From IMG/VR virus record IMGVR_UViG_3300045051_000987, positions 32,001-96,000 of that record: DNA of 64,000 bases; one strand, 5' to 3'. Below are positions 7,582 to 16,923 of this stretch, piece after piece (position 1 is the stretch's first letter; each line of letters begins with the position of its first letter). The position numbers and the translations under genes are program-made. This stretch comes from a virus. The notes beneath the pieces were generated by a model. It searched no databases and was not told where the DNA came from. It saw only the letters and a program-made list of their open reading frames with translations.

Positions 7582-8179
7582 CGTGCTCCTTGAAATCCCC
7601 CGGGCTCTCGCGCCCGCTCGCACCCGGCCGATCGTCGCGCCCCGTCCCGATGTCCTTGAGCGTCGCGAGCATCGTCGTGACCTGCTCGTCGCTCCATCCG
7701 AGGCCTGCGACGCCGGGCTCGTACTCGCGGTGATCGGCGAGCATCTTCGTGAGGAGCTCCTCGTCGTAGCCCGCCGCGCGCCCGTGCTGGTTGTCCGCGA
7801 GCAGGTAGGCCTCGGCCTCCTCGGGGCCCGACCACGAGAGCCCGCGGATCACCGGCACGAGCCAGTCACCGTCGGGAGCGACGTCGATGCGCGCGGGACG
7901 CACCTTGCCGGTCGATCGGAGTGCGAGGAGCACCTCGATGCGTCCGTGACCCGCCACGACGGTCTGCGTCGTCTCGTCGAGCATCACCGGGAGCGTGTAG
8001 CCGAAGCGGTTCATCGACGCGGTCACGCCGTCGACGTCGTGGCGCTTGGGGTTCCGCGGCGCCTGGTGCTCGACGAGCCACGAGAGGCGCTCGTAGCTGA
8101 TCCGCATGCGCGCGGGCTCGGGGATCGGGGTCTGCGGAGGAGTCGGTGAAGGGGTCTTCTTCGTGCGTGCGTTCGCCAT
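7514..8179 (-). CDS. ParB/Srx N-terminal domain protein with C-terminal CxxC
   Basis: RNPKRH...SMNRFGYTLPVMLD...VVAGHGR...AYLLADN. Confidence 0.85.
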   Translation of the reverse strand: MANARTKKTPSPTPPQTPIPEPARMRISYERLSWLVEHQAPRNPKRHDVDGVTASMNRFGYTLPVMLDETTQTVVAGHGRIEVLLALRSTGKVRPARIDVAPDGDWLVPVIRGLSWSGPEEAEAYLLADNQHGRAAGYDEELLTKMLADHREYEPGVAGLGWSDEQVTTMLATLKDIGTGRDDRPGASGRESPGDFKEHDANSKAIVYCSRCGHGNPVTKS

Positions 8180-8224
8180 GTGCTCCCTGCTCGGCGCGAC
8201 CGTAGCAGGGCCAGGGGAGCGACG

Positions 8225-8500
8225 TCAGCCGCTCTCGACGCTCTCGCTCACGACCATCGGGGGCTTCACCTCCGACGTCGGCCACGGTGGACGCACGCGC
8301 CCGCCGTCCTCGAGCATCATCACGCTCTTCACGAGGGTGTTCGGGTCGACGCCGAAGCGCGCGGCCGCGACCTCGAGCAGCGCCTTCGCGATCGACTCCT
8401 CGGAGGAGTCGGCGGGCGTCGCGCAGTACGCGTAGACGATGTGCGCGAGATACTCCTCGGCCGTCACTTCTCGACCACGCTCCTTCTCAGCTTCCGGCAT
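8225..8500 (-). CDS. Hypothetical protein
   Basis: Start MPEAEK after AAGGAGG. Confidence 0.5.
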   Translation of the reverse strand: MPEAEKERGREVTAEEYLAHIVYAYCATPADSSEESIAKALLEVAAARFGVDPNTLVKSVMMLEDGGRVRPPWPTSEVKPPMVVSESVESG

Positions 8501-9011
8501 CTCCGGCCTCCTTCTCGAGGTTCGCGAACTTGAAGCCGCACGAGCACGGCGTCGGTGCGACGAGCGACCTCTCGGCGAGAGCACCGCACCGAGGGCACGT
8601 CGTGTGGACCTTCATCCCTTCGATCGCGCCATCGCCATCGAGCACACCGACCACGCCGGCACGTCGCGCGAACGCGACCGCGCGCCGCGTGACGCCGACG
8701 TGACCCTCGATCCATCCCACGCGAAGCCAGTGCAGACGCGAGCGGATCGAACGGTCGCGCGTGCTCTGCGCGATCATCGCGAAGAGCTTCGGCGCGATGT
8801 CGAGGAGCGCGTCGTCGACGGCGACCTTGCGAGCTGCGAGGCGCGTCGCCATCACCGCGACGTTCGCGCCGATGAGAGCGACGGGGAAGCTCTTCGGCGT
8901 GAAGAGCTGAGGGTGCGCGCGAAGGATGCGAAGCGCCTCCTCGAGAAGCGCGGTCACGCTCTTGAGCTCCTCGGCCGTGAGGGCTCGATCGTCGTGCTCG
9001 TTGTTCGTCAT
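8487..9011 (-). CDS. Hypothetical protein with C-terminal Zn ribbon
   Basis: CPRCG...CSCG. Confidence 0.55.
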   Translation of the reverse strand: MTNNEHDDRALTAEELKSVTALLEEALRILRAHPQLFTPKSFPVALIGANVAVMATRLAARKVAVDDALLDIAPKLFAMIAQSTRDRSIRSRLHWLRVGWIEGHVGVTRRAVAFARRAGVVGVLDGDGAIEGMKVHTTCPRCGALAERSLVAPTPCSCGFKFANLEKEAGDAGS

Positions 9012-9317
9012 GTGGCGTTCATCGGATCAGCGCGAGCCGGGGTGTGGCCGCGATGGTAGCAGGGGTGGGGGCTCGAACGATCGCACCGGCCTTCGACGCA
9101 TCTTCGAGACCATCGACGAAGGCTTCGCGCGCGGCGTGCTCGCCGGCACGCCGATCGGGATCGAAGAGCGCCGTCGCCATGCGGGTCATGATCCGCGAGC
9201 TCCACACCGACGCGTCGAGCGGCGTGCGCCACGTCCATCCGTTCTCGGCGAGCCGCAGATCGAGCTCGGCGCGGGTCTCGTCGCTCATCGTGAACACGGG
9301 GCCGGAGCGTACAGGGA

Positions 9318-10196
9318 TCAGCCCGCGTCGCGCGGGGGTGAGTCGTCCTCGCCATCGTCGCGCGGCATGAGGCGCTGAGCTCGCTCGACGAGGCGCGTGA
9401 GCCGCGTGACCTGCACGCCGCCGTTCGGATCGGCGCCCATGCGGATCGCGTAGGCCGTGAGGCCGGAGACGAGCACGCGCTTCTCGCTCTCGATGGTGTG
9501 GTCGAGCGTGACGCTGCATCCGAGCATGCCGAGCGTCGATTCCGTGTCGGCGGTCGCCGACATCACGAGCTCGGCGACGAAGTCCTCGAAGCTCTGCTCG
9601 CGATCCTTCCACACGTAGTCGGTGAGCCACGAATCGTCGCTCGTGAGCACGTCGATCAGCGTCGCAGCGACGCGCATGAGGCGAGGGAGCGGCTTCGCGA
9701 CGACCTTCTCGATCGCGACAACCTCCTCGAGCCGCGTCTTCGCATCGACGCCGAGCGCCGCGCACGCACGCTCGAAGGCATCCTCGATCGCCGAGGGCAC
9801 GATGCCGGGGAGCGAGGTGAGCAGGCGCATCTTCACGATGGCGCCCGCGAGGCGATCGAGAAACTCGTGCTCGGTGTCGACGAGGGCGCGAGACTGAGGC
9901 GCCATCATGAAGCGGATGTCGAAGACGAGATGGTTCTTCGTCTTGGCGACGTGCACGACCTCGAAGTTGCGCGTGTCGTCCGTCTTGAAGACCTCGTTCG
10001 ACTTGAGGAAGTCGCTGACCACATCGCGCATGGCGCGCCGCGAGGCCTCGGTGTTCGTGTCGCCCGCGAAGAGTGAGGCGAGCGTGTTGCGGAGCCGCGT
10101 CTCGACGTTCTTCGTGACGATGATGGGCTCGGCGATCGAATGGTCCGGCTCCTTGAGCACGACCACGGTTTCGGGATCGAACAGCAAATCAGACAC
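9318..10196 (-). CDS. Hypothetical protein; N-terminal part weakly resembles a tail-sheath C-terminal domain
   Basis: GAGGAGG SD; LFAGDTNTEASRRAMRDVVSDFL...FEVVHV...LVFDIRF. Confidence 0.55.
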   Translation of the reverse strand: MSDLLFDPETVVVLKEPDHSIAEPIIVTKNVETRLRNTLASLFAGDTNTEASRRAMRDVVSDFLKSNEVFKTDDTRNFEVVHVAKTKNHLVFDIRFMMAPQSRALVDTEHEFLDRLAGAIVKMRLLTSLPGIVPSAIEDAFERACAALGVDAKTRLEEVVAIEKVVAKPLPRLMRVAATLIDVLTSDDSWLTDYVWKDREQSFEDFVAELVMSATADTESTLGMLGCSVTLDHTIESEKRVLVSGLTAYAIRMGADPNGGVQVTRLTRLVERAQRLMPRDDGEDDSPPRDAG

Positions 10197-10214
10197 AGGG
10201 ACCTCCTCGAGATC

Positions 10215-11084
10215 TCAGAAGGGGATGTCTTCGGCCTGCTCGTGACCGCACGCCGAGCACTTCACGTGGCGCGTGCGATGCACAGCGCCGTCGACGCCGA
10301 CATCGACGATGGGCTTGAGATCCGTCGAGCCGCACGTGTCGCACTTCGGGTTCATCCACCGCGGCTCGGATGACTCGACGAGGGGTGGGATCGTGATCTG
10401 AACCTGCTCGGCTCGGAGGTCGGTGCCGCACTCCGAACACGAGAGGTGACCGTCTTCGACGCGCGCGCCGCATGCCCAGCACGTGCGCGGGAGAGGCGCG
10501 GGCTCGCCGACCACGACCTTCGAGTGAGCCGCGAGCGAGTTGGCCTCGGCGATCAGCTCCGCGCGCACCTCGGGCGTGAGGTCGGCGAGCCCGAGCTTCT
10601 TCGCCTCGCGCACGAAGCCCGCTTCGATGTCGCCGATGTGCTTGTCGAACTCGGCATAGAGGAAGTGAGCGTTGAACGACGAGACGCCCTCGCTCTTCTC
10701 GAACTTCGCAGCCTCCTCGTCGGTGAAGTCGTACTCGGGACGAGCACACGCGGGCTGCATCGCCTTCTTCGCGTTCTCGTACGCAAGCGCCGCGTCCGTG
10801 AGCGACTTCTCGGCCTCGCGGGCGTTCGTCCATGCGCGCGAGACCGCGTCGTTCGCAGCATCGAGCGCGGTTATCGCCTCCTTCTGCTTCGCCTTCGCAT
10901 GAGCATGGGTCGCCTGAGCGCGCGCGAGCTTGCCCGACGCCTCGAAGAGCTCGTAGCGCGCCTCGGCGACGTCGTCGTACGACGGAGGTGCCTTCTCGGT
11001 CGTGACGGGCGCGACGTCTTCGGCGTCTTCGGCGTCGACGTCCTTCGCTTCGTTCCGCGAGAGCACGTGGCGATGTTCGGTCAT
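10215..11084 (-). CDS. Coiled-coil protein with two Zn ribbons and an SSB-like EDIPF tail
   Basis: CWACG..CSECG, CDTCG..CSACG, ends AEDIPF; leaderless start. Confidence 0.7.
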   Translation of the reverse strand: MTEHRHVLSRNEAKDVDAEDAEDVAPVTTEKAPPSYDDVAEARYELFEASGKLARAQATHAHAKAKQKEAITALDAANDAVSRAWTNAREAEKSLTDAALAYENAKKAMQPACARPEYDFTDEEAAKFEKSEGVSSFNAHFLYAEFDKHIGDIEAGFVREAKKLGLADLTPEVRAELIAEANSLAAHSKVVVGEPAPLPRTCWACGARVEDGHLSCSECGTDLRAEQVQITIPPLVESSEPRWMNPKCDTCGSTDLKPIVDVGVDGAVHRTRHVKCSACGHEQAEDIPF

Positions 11085-11105
11085 GGCCCCATCATGCCGC
11101 GACGA

Positions 11106-13076
11106 TCAGCGGCCCGCGGTGAGCCTTCGGATCCGGTCGCTGATCGTCGCTGCGTCCGCACGACGCGGGAGCGACGACGGAAGGCCCTCGTGACCGCCGA
11201 TGATGCGCGCGCGCACCTCGCCCTTGCGCGTCTGCATCCCTCGAAGCCGACGGAGCGCCCACGTGCGAGCGAACCAGAGCCCCATGAGCCGATCGCCGGG
11301 GTGCGCACCGGGCACGTACGCGCGCATCTCGCCGAGGAGACGACGCACCTCGTCGGGCACGTCCTTGCCGTTGCGGCCGCTCGGGAGGCGCCATCGGTTC
11401 GCCTCGAACTCCGCCGCCATCGCGTCGATGCCGAGCACCTCGTCGTACTTGTTCCGGCCCGTGTAGAAGGGGAGCACCGGAACGCTGATAGACGAACCCT
11501 CCTCGTTCGCGAGGTCGACGATGTGCTTCTGGATGCCGTTGTCCTCGACCACGATGAAGCCGCCGAAGCGGTCCGCGACGTCGGAGAGGTTCCGCATCAC
11601 ATCGCCACCGCTCCATCGACCTGCGCGCGCGGCCACGAGCTGACGCATACCCGAGGGGTGCACCGCGATCGTGAACATCGTCGTCGCGCCGCCGGTCATC
11701 TTCCGCGACGCACCGAGATCGCAGCCCGTCACGATGAGCGTGCCCGACGGAGGCTCGCCGATGTTGTCGACGAAGCGGTAGCCCATGCCGAGACGGAGCG
11801 CGGCGCGGAGCCATTCGGGACGGAACGACATCGCACCGGGGTCACGCGGCTCGCACATGTACATGCGCGCGAACTCGAGCTCGTTGGCCTGCGTCTTCCG
11901 AACCTGTCGGATGCGGTGAAGGGGCCATCGCTCCGGCCACGTCGGGTTCCCCGCTTCGTCGAGCACGGGGTAGCGAAGCGTCACCCATCCGCCCTCACCG
12001 AGCTCGTGCGCGAGGTCTTCCTCGTGCCACGCGTTCGTCAAGAAGACCATCTTCGCCCCGGACGTGAGACGAGTCATGAACGTCCGACGGAACCAAGACG
12101 ACGTGTCCGCGCGCGCGGGAGCGCTCCGCGTGTTCTCGTAGTCGAGGAGGTCGTCGACGACGGCTCGATCGATGCGGGCGCCGAGGATGTTGCCGTGGAA
12201 GCCGAGACAGTAGATCGACGGGTCGCGCGCGAGAGACGCACGCTCGATGGTGATGGCGTCCTCGCGCCATAGACCGCCCGGACGGAGGTGAGGGAACACC
12301 GCCCGCAGCTCCGTCGAGCGCTCGAGGTATTTCTTCGTCGCCGAGAGGTTCTTCTTCGCGCCGTCCTGACCGTTGTTCAGGAACACCGTGCGGAGGTCGG
12401 GGTTGTTCCCGAGCTCGAAGAGCGTGCGCCCGACCGCGAACTGCTGTGTCTTCCCCGACTCCGGGTGTGCGAGGACGATCATGAAGTCCTCGCGGTCGTA
12501 GGTCGCCTGCATCTCGAGGTGGATGCGCGCTTGCTCGATGTCGGCGCCCGTCTCTTCGTCCTTGAGGACGAACTCGTTGAAGGTGTTCACGTCACGCCGC
12601 GCGAGCGCGAGGAGGCTCTCGTAGGCGTACCTCCCGGCCTCGATGCCGTCGGTCGGGAGCATGTCGTCGTCTTCGTCGCCGCCGGGGCTCTGAGAGGCGC
12701 CTGAGAGCGGCACCGAGGCATCCGACTCGATGGGGGGCTCGCCCGAGGCCCATACCGGACCGGTCTCCGACTCGGAACCGACGGGCACGGGGCCCCCGAG
12801 CGTGTCGGATTGATTTAGGATGCGGTCAGTTGCCGATTTTTGTAGCGAATCGGTGGAGGGGGGGACTACGGCCCTGAGCGCGCCGCGCGCGACGGAACTC
12901 GACCCCTCCCCCCCTCCCCCCGATCGTGAACCGCCGGCCACACTGCTCGCCTGCTTCCTGGGCTTGGGGCCTCGTGGTGCGTAGGGATCGACGACCTTCT
13001 TCGTTGCGTGTTCACCCGGGTGAACACGTGAGGGTGAGGGCTGCTCGAGCTGTCCCTTGTACATGCTCCGCTTCAC
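11106..13076 (-). CDS. terL: Terminase large subunit
   Basis: Walker A HPESGKT, Walker B GARIDRAVVDD, nuclease GCDLG and GDRLMGLWFA; the first ~138 aa are low-complexity (alternative start 12662). Confidence 0.88.
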   Translation of the reverse strand: MKRSMYKGQLEQPSPSRVHPGEHATKKVVDPYAPRGPKPRKQASSVAGGSRSGGGGEGSSSVARGALRAVVPPSTDSLQKSATDRILNQSDTLGGPVPVGSESETGPVWASGEPPIESDASVPLSGASQSPGGDEDDDMLPTDGIEAGRYAYESLLALARRDVNTFNEFVLKDEETGADIEQARIHLEMQATYDREDFMIVLAHPESGKTQQFAVGRTLFELGNNPDLRTVFLNNGQDGAKKNLSATKKYLERSTELRAVFPHLRPGGLWREDAITIERASLARDPSIYCLGFHGNILGARIDRAVVDDLLDYENTRSAPARADTSSWFRRTFMTRLTSGAKMVFLTNAWHEEDLAHELGEGGWVTLRYPVLDEAGNPTWPERWPLHRIRQVRKTQANELEFARMYMCEPRDPGAMSFRPEWLRAALRLGMGYRFVDNIGEPPSGTLIVTGCDLGASRKMTGGATTMFTIAVHPSGMRQLVAARAGRWSGGDVMRNLSDVADRFGGFIVVEDNGIQKHIVDLANEEGSSISVPVLPFYTGRNKYDEVLGIDAMAAEFEANRWRLPSGRNGKDVPDEVRRLLGEMRAYVPGAHPGDRLMGLWFARTWALRRLRGMQTRKGEVRARIIGGHEGLPSSLPRRADAATISDRIRRLTAGR

Positions 13077-13906
13077 AGCTCGAGCCCTTCCACGAGCTCA
13101 GCAACGTCTTCGTCTTCCACGTCCACCACCGACACGACCTTCGCTTCAAGCACCCTCTGCCGAGCCCGCTTCTTCTCGAACGCCTTGTTCGCTAGAGCGA
13201 GCCACTGTGCAGCCTCATCCTCAGTCATCTCCCCCACAGGGGACGGGTCTGCCCTGCCGAGGATGGTGGTGGGCTCTCCCATGAGCAGCCTGTTCATGTT
13301 CACCGTCCCCGCAGAGGCCTGCGTGGTGCGGTGCACAATCCCTCCGATGGTGCGTAGGACCGACATCCTGTCCCTCACCCCCATGGTCCGGATCTTCTCC
13401 GCATCGGAGAGGAGGGAATCGGCGATCTGCACACTGAGCTCGAGGAGCCTCGCGTTCACGTTCGTCAGCACGAGGGCGCTGATCCGGTTAGCCCTCACGA
13501 GCTTGACCTCCTCCTCCCTAGAAGCGACTGCGTCTCCGAGAACGAGGGTTTCCTGCTTCCGAGCCTTCTTCGTGGCTTCGAGGCGTGCTCGGAGGGCTTG
13601 GGCGTGTTCCTTGGCTTGCTCAATCGCGTCGGCCTTCTCAGCGGCCTTCGCCCGCTTGTCGAGCTCGACGCCCTTGGCGCGCGCGCAGTCGCGAAGGCTC
13701 GGAAGCTTGAGCCTCGGCTCTCCCGAATCGATCAGGCGCGTGGCGACCTCTCGGGAGACGCCTGCGGCCTGCGAGACGGCCGTGACCGTGCCGAACGCAA
13801 GCCAGGCCTCGCGAGCCTTCTCGTGCACCTCGGGCGGTACGACCGCGCTCGCCGCGGATGCGTGTTCACCCGGGTGAACACCGGGGCGCTTCGTGCGCTT
13901 CTTCAT
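13073..13906 (-). CDS. Putative terminase small subunit
   Basis: N-terminal HTH (VTAVSQAAGVSREVATRLI), helical body, RLLMGEPT motif; stop overlaps terL start. Confidence 0.6.
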   Translation of the reverse strand: MKKRTKRPGVHPGEHASAASAVVPPEVHEKAREAWLAFGTVTAVSQAAGVSREVATRLIDSGEPRLKLPSLRDCARAKGVELDKRAKAAEKADAIEQAKEHAQALRARLEATKKARKQETLVLGDAVASREEEVKLVRANRISALVLTNVNARLLELSVQIADSLLSDAEKIRTMGVRDRMSVLRTIGGIVHRTTQASAGTVNMNRLLMGEPTTILGRADPSPVGEMTEDEAAQWLALANKAFEKKRARQRVLEAKVVSVVDVEDEDVAELVEGLEL

Positions 13907-14299
13907 CGATCCGGAGCCTAGCCGATCGCGGGTCCCTTGGGCCGGGGTCGGCCCGATTGGGGGCGCAAGGGGCCGCCCTCTCTGTATTGAGTCTGTCCGA
14001 ATTGGGCGACCGGGGCGCGTGTGAGTCTGTCCGGTCCGTTCAGTCGCCTGCGTGTTCACCCGGGTGAACACCGACCCGTTCCGGGGGCCACGCGCGCTCC
14101 CATCTCGGGTCCGTCGGCTTCGGTAGCGCCTGCATCCGGGCGTGCTCGAGCGCTCTCGTGAGCGAGGCTGCTAGGTCCCTCAGCCCCTTCGACCTGCATC
14201 TCAGGCACCACGCGACTCCCGGCGCTCCGCACGCGTGACACGAGCCATGTCGGTACGGGTGAGCGTCTGACCTCGGGGGTGTCGTCGGCCATGCTCGGA

Positions 14300-14785
14300 T
14301 CACGTCGAGGCCTTCCCCTGCATCGCCACCATGTGGCTCGTCGCTCTCCCGTGCCCTGTGATGCGTACGAGCGAACCGCACACCTCGCACTTCGTCATCG
14401 GTCGCTCGAAGGCCTCCATGCGCTCTCTCGGGGTAGCCATCGCGGGGATGTCTCGCGTCTTGGCCTTCCTCAGTGAGCCCGTGCACCTCGCCCGCATGTC
14501 GAAGAGGTCGAGGAAGTGCTTCGGGAACGTCTCGCATGCTGCGGAGGTCCGTCCTGACCTCGAGCCTCTCGTGCCCGGTGCTGAGCCCGTGTAGCGCCAT
14601 GTGACCGCGTCGAGGACGGTGCCCGTGATGCGCACGCCGAGGATCACGCCCGGCCTACGCGTCCGCTTGTGCTCGATGAGCATGCCCACGGCGAGGGGCT
14701 GAGGTTCCTCGATGACGACCTCGACCTCTTGCGGGAGGGCCGGGCCTAGCTCCTTGGGTGCCTGCTTCTTCGTGCGCGCCTTCAC
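14300..14785 (-). CDS. Hypothetical protein
   Basis: GTG start MKARTKK; CEVCG motif. Confidence 0.5.
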   Translation of the reverse strand: MKARTKKQAPKELGPALPQEVEVVIEEPQPLAVGMLIEHKRTRRPGVILGVRITGTVLDAVTWRYTGSAPGTRGSRSGRTSAACETFPKHFLDLFDMRARCTGSLRKAKTRDIPAMATPRERMEAFERPMTKCEVCGSLVRITGHGRATSHMVAMQGKAST

Positions 14786-14786
14786 G

Positions 14787-15027
14787 TCAGACGCCGACGA
14801 ACTCTGCGAGCACCACACCACGCTCGACGCCACGTGCAGCCGTGCCGATGTGCTCGACGATGATCTTGTCGGGACCGACCCACGAAGAGTCGCCGACGAC
14901 GTTGTTCTCACCGCCTCGTGGATGGATGGATGGTGAGGGCGTCCTTCTCCGACTTCGCTGCGACTACGCACCCGCTGTAGTAGTCGAGGTGCTTGGGGGC
15001 CGAGCGCGAGAGCTTGTAGAGCTTCAT
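14787..15027 (-). pseudogene. Small phage gene frameshifted at a (TGGA)3 repeat
   Basis: MKLYKLS...CVVAAKSEKDALTIHP then shifts frame; removing one 4-bp unit at 14919-14933 gives a 78-aa protein ending SWVGPDKIIVEHIGTAARGVERGVVLAEFVGV. Confidence 0.7.
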
Positions 15028-15051
15028 GGCTCGATCATGCCGCGCTCGCCC

Positions 15052-15435
15052 TCAGCGGCCGCCTGCGCGGATCTCACGTGCTCGGGAGCTGTGCCAGCGC
15101 ATGACGCTCCACAGCGTCGCCGAGGCCTTCTCGTCGCCGTGGATGGCCTCCGAGGCGATGCGGCATCGCTCGGCGCTCAAGTCGTGCTCTCGTGCGCGGA
15201 TCTCGAGCGCCCATTCCTCTGCGGTGGCCTCGGGATGCCTCAGCACGACGTCGAGGCGCTCGGTGGCCTTCATGAGCCGCACGAGAGGCGCCGAGGAGCG
15301 TGACGGGCTCGGAAAGGCTGCCTGAGCGTCGCACGCCTCCCGCGCGGCTCGATGGGCTTCGCAGGCCTCGCGCAAGGCCGCGAGCTGCTTCTTCGTCTCC
15401 TCGAGCTCGGTGGTGAGCTGCTCTACGGTCTTCAC
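15052..15435 (-). CDS. Hypothetical coiled-coil protein
   Basis: GTGA overlap; start MKTVEQL. Confidence 0.5.
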   Translation of the reverse strand: MKTVEQLTTELEETKKQLAALREACEAHRAAREACDAQAAFPSPSRSSAPLVRLMKATERLDVVLRHPEATAEEWALEIRAREHDLSAERCRIASEAIHGDEKASATLWSVMRWHSSRAREIRAGGR

Positions 15436-15755
15436 TCGGATCCTCGCTTCATGAGGTGCGCGGCGAGCTTCTGTCCGGCCTTCTTCACGCGGTGCACGTC
15501 CGTGGGGTGCTCGATCCCGCCTCGGAGCCATCCCGCGGGGTCGCCGAGGTCGGCGTCGATGGAGGAGGCCACCACGCGTGCCGCGTAGCGGTCTGCCGAG
15601 GCCTGATCGGGGAACTGAGGCCTCGTGCCCTTCTTCGGGCGTGGTGGGCGCTTGGGGAGCGCGCGCGGTGGTGTCGCATCGGTCGCGATCCCGATGATGC
15701 CGGAGCCGAACCCGGCACCGACCGCGAGGTGTTCACCCGGGTGAACACGCTTCAC
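15432..15755 (-). CDS. Hypothetical protein
   Basis: GTGA overlaps at both ends; begins with palindrome-encoded VHPGEH. Confidence 0.5.
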   Translation of the reverse strand: MKRVHPGEHLAVGAGFGSGIIGIATDATPPRALPKRPPRPKKGTRPQFPDQASADRYAARVVASSIDADLGDPAGWLRGGIEHPTDVHRVKKAGQKLAAHLMKRGSE

Positions 15756-15877
15756 GGCGTCACCGTGACGTGCACGTGCTCGGCGATGAGCACGATCAGC
15801 CGAAGGAGCGCGGCGAGGCCTTGGATGGCTCCGGCGATGACGAGGAGCGTGATGAGCCGTTCTTCGTGCTTCCTCAT
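15752..15877 (-). CDS. 41-aa single-pass membrane peptide
   Basis: MRKHEERLITLLVIAGAIQGLAALLRLIVLIAEHVHVTVTP; 4-bp overlaps with both neighbours. Confidence 0.6.
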   Translation of the reverse strand: MRKHEERLITLLVIAGAIQGLAALLRLIVLIAEHVHVTVTP

Positions 15878-16572
15878 CGGGCCGTCCATCGAGGCACGCC
15901 GGTGTCGCTTCCCTTGCCGCGATCGGCGAGACCGAGGCTCGCGAGCTTGCCGAGGATGTCGAGCACGCGTCCGGGGCTGATCGCCGTCGCGAGCGATGCC
16001 CCCTTGTTCAGCCGTGAGGCGAGGTCATGAGCTCCCGAGACCTCTCCCGCGGCCTTGAGCGCATCGAAGACGCGTTGCTCGCTCTTCGAGAGCTTCTTCG
16101 CGAGCGGCTTGGGCTCGGCCTTCGGTTCTTCCTCCTCGTCAGGCGTCGACGGCTTGGGTTGTCGGAGGAGCTTGTTGAGCCGCCCACGTCCGATCTCGAG
16201 CACGTCGGCCGCGTCCTGACGGCTCATGCTCTGCTCGACCACAAGCTCGTGCGCGACGCGTCGCATACGGCTCTCTTCGGCCTCGATCGCGAAGCGGAGA
16301 TCCATCGTGGCTCTGTGAGCCTCCGACACGAGCTTCCCGACCGGCCCGCCCGACATGACCTGCACGAAGAACGTGAAGGGCTCCTTCTCGTCGAGACGGA
16401 TGGCGTCACGAAGAGCATCGAGCACTTCGGCGAGCGTGCGGCCGCGCGCGCCCGGTCGGAGGAGCTTCGGATCCATGTCTCGAGGCGAGCCGCGCCACGG
16501 GTAGTGAAGATCGACGTCCGGCTCGTAGTAGACGCCGATCCTGTACTCCTTGAGCTTCTTCTTCGGCTTCAT
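15874..16572 (-). CDS. HicB-like domain protein with HTH and winged-helix domains
   Basis: ARGRTLAEVLDALRDAI; SRQDAADVLEIGRGRLNKLL. Confidence 0.6.
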   Translation of the reverse strand: MKPKKKLKEYRIGVYYEPDVDLHYPWRGSPRDMDPKLLRPGARGRTLAEVLDALRDAIRLDEKEPFTFFVQVMSGGPVGKLVSEAHRATMDLRFAIEAEESRMRRVAHELVVEQSMSRQDAADVLEIGRGRLNKLLRQPKPSTPDEEEEPKAEPKPLAKKLSKSEQRVFDALKAAGEVSGAHDLASRLNKGASLATAISPGRVLDILGKLASLGLADRGKGSDTGVPRWTAR

Positions 16573-16575
16573 CGA

Positions 16576-16923
16576 TCACCATCCCGGCGGGACGATGCCC
16601 CGCAGACCGCACGTGAGACAGTCGTTGAGGTTGCTGTTCTCGCTGTTCGGGACCGTGCTGCGGTGCTCGCAGCACTTCTGGCATGGCCGGTCCGTGTTCA
16701 CCTTCGAGGCGACTGAGACGCCCTTCGCGACACGTCGAGCGAGATCGAGGCGCGAGACGAATGCAGCGAGGTCGACGGCCGCGTGCGCTACCTGCTGAGC
16801 TGCGTACGGGCCGGGAGGCGACCGATCGGCGAGCGTGAGCTCGAGGCCTCGCACGAGAGCCTTGAGGTGGCTCAGGCGCTCAGCGACGCGCTTCTCTTCG
16901 GTCTCGAGCATGACGGTGCTCAT
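16576..16923 (-). CDS. Hypothetical protein with Zn-binding C-terminus
   Basis: ATGA overlap; CQKC...CLTCG. Confidence 0.5.
   Translation of the reverse strand: MSTVMLETEEKRVAERLSHLKALVRGLELTLADRSPPGPYAAQQVAHAAVDLAAFVSRLDLARRVAKGVSVASKVNTDRPCQKCCEHRSTVPNSENSNLNDCLTCGLRGIVPPGW

Noticed and set aside
10446-12272. Long plus-strand ORFs (also 17630-19291, 27537-29132, 43588-45291, 55562-57724, 57746-59194)
   Set aside because: Antisense shadows of clear minus-strand genes in high-GC DNA; Arg/His/Ala-rich with no motifs
14040-14292. ORFs between terS and 14300
   Set aside because: Two competing frames, neither with convincing support; not annotated
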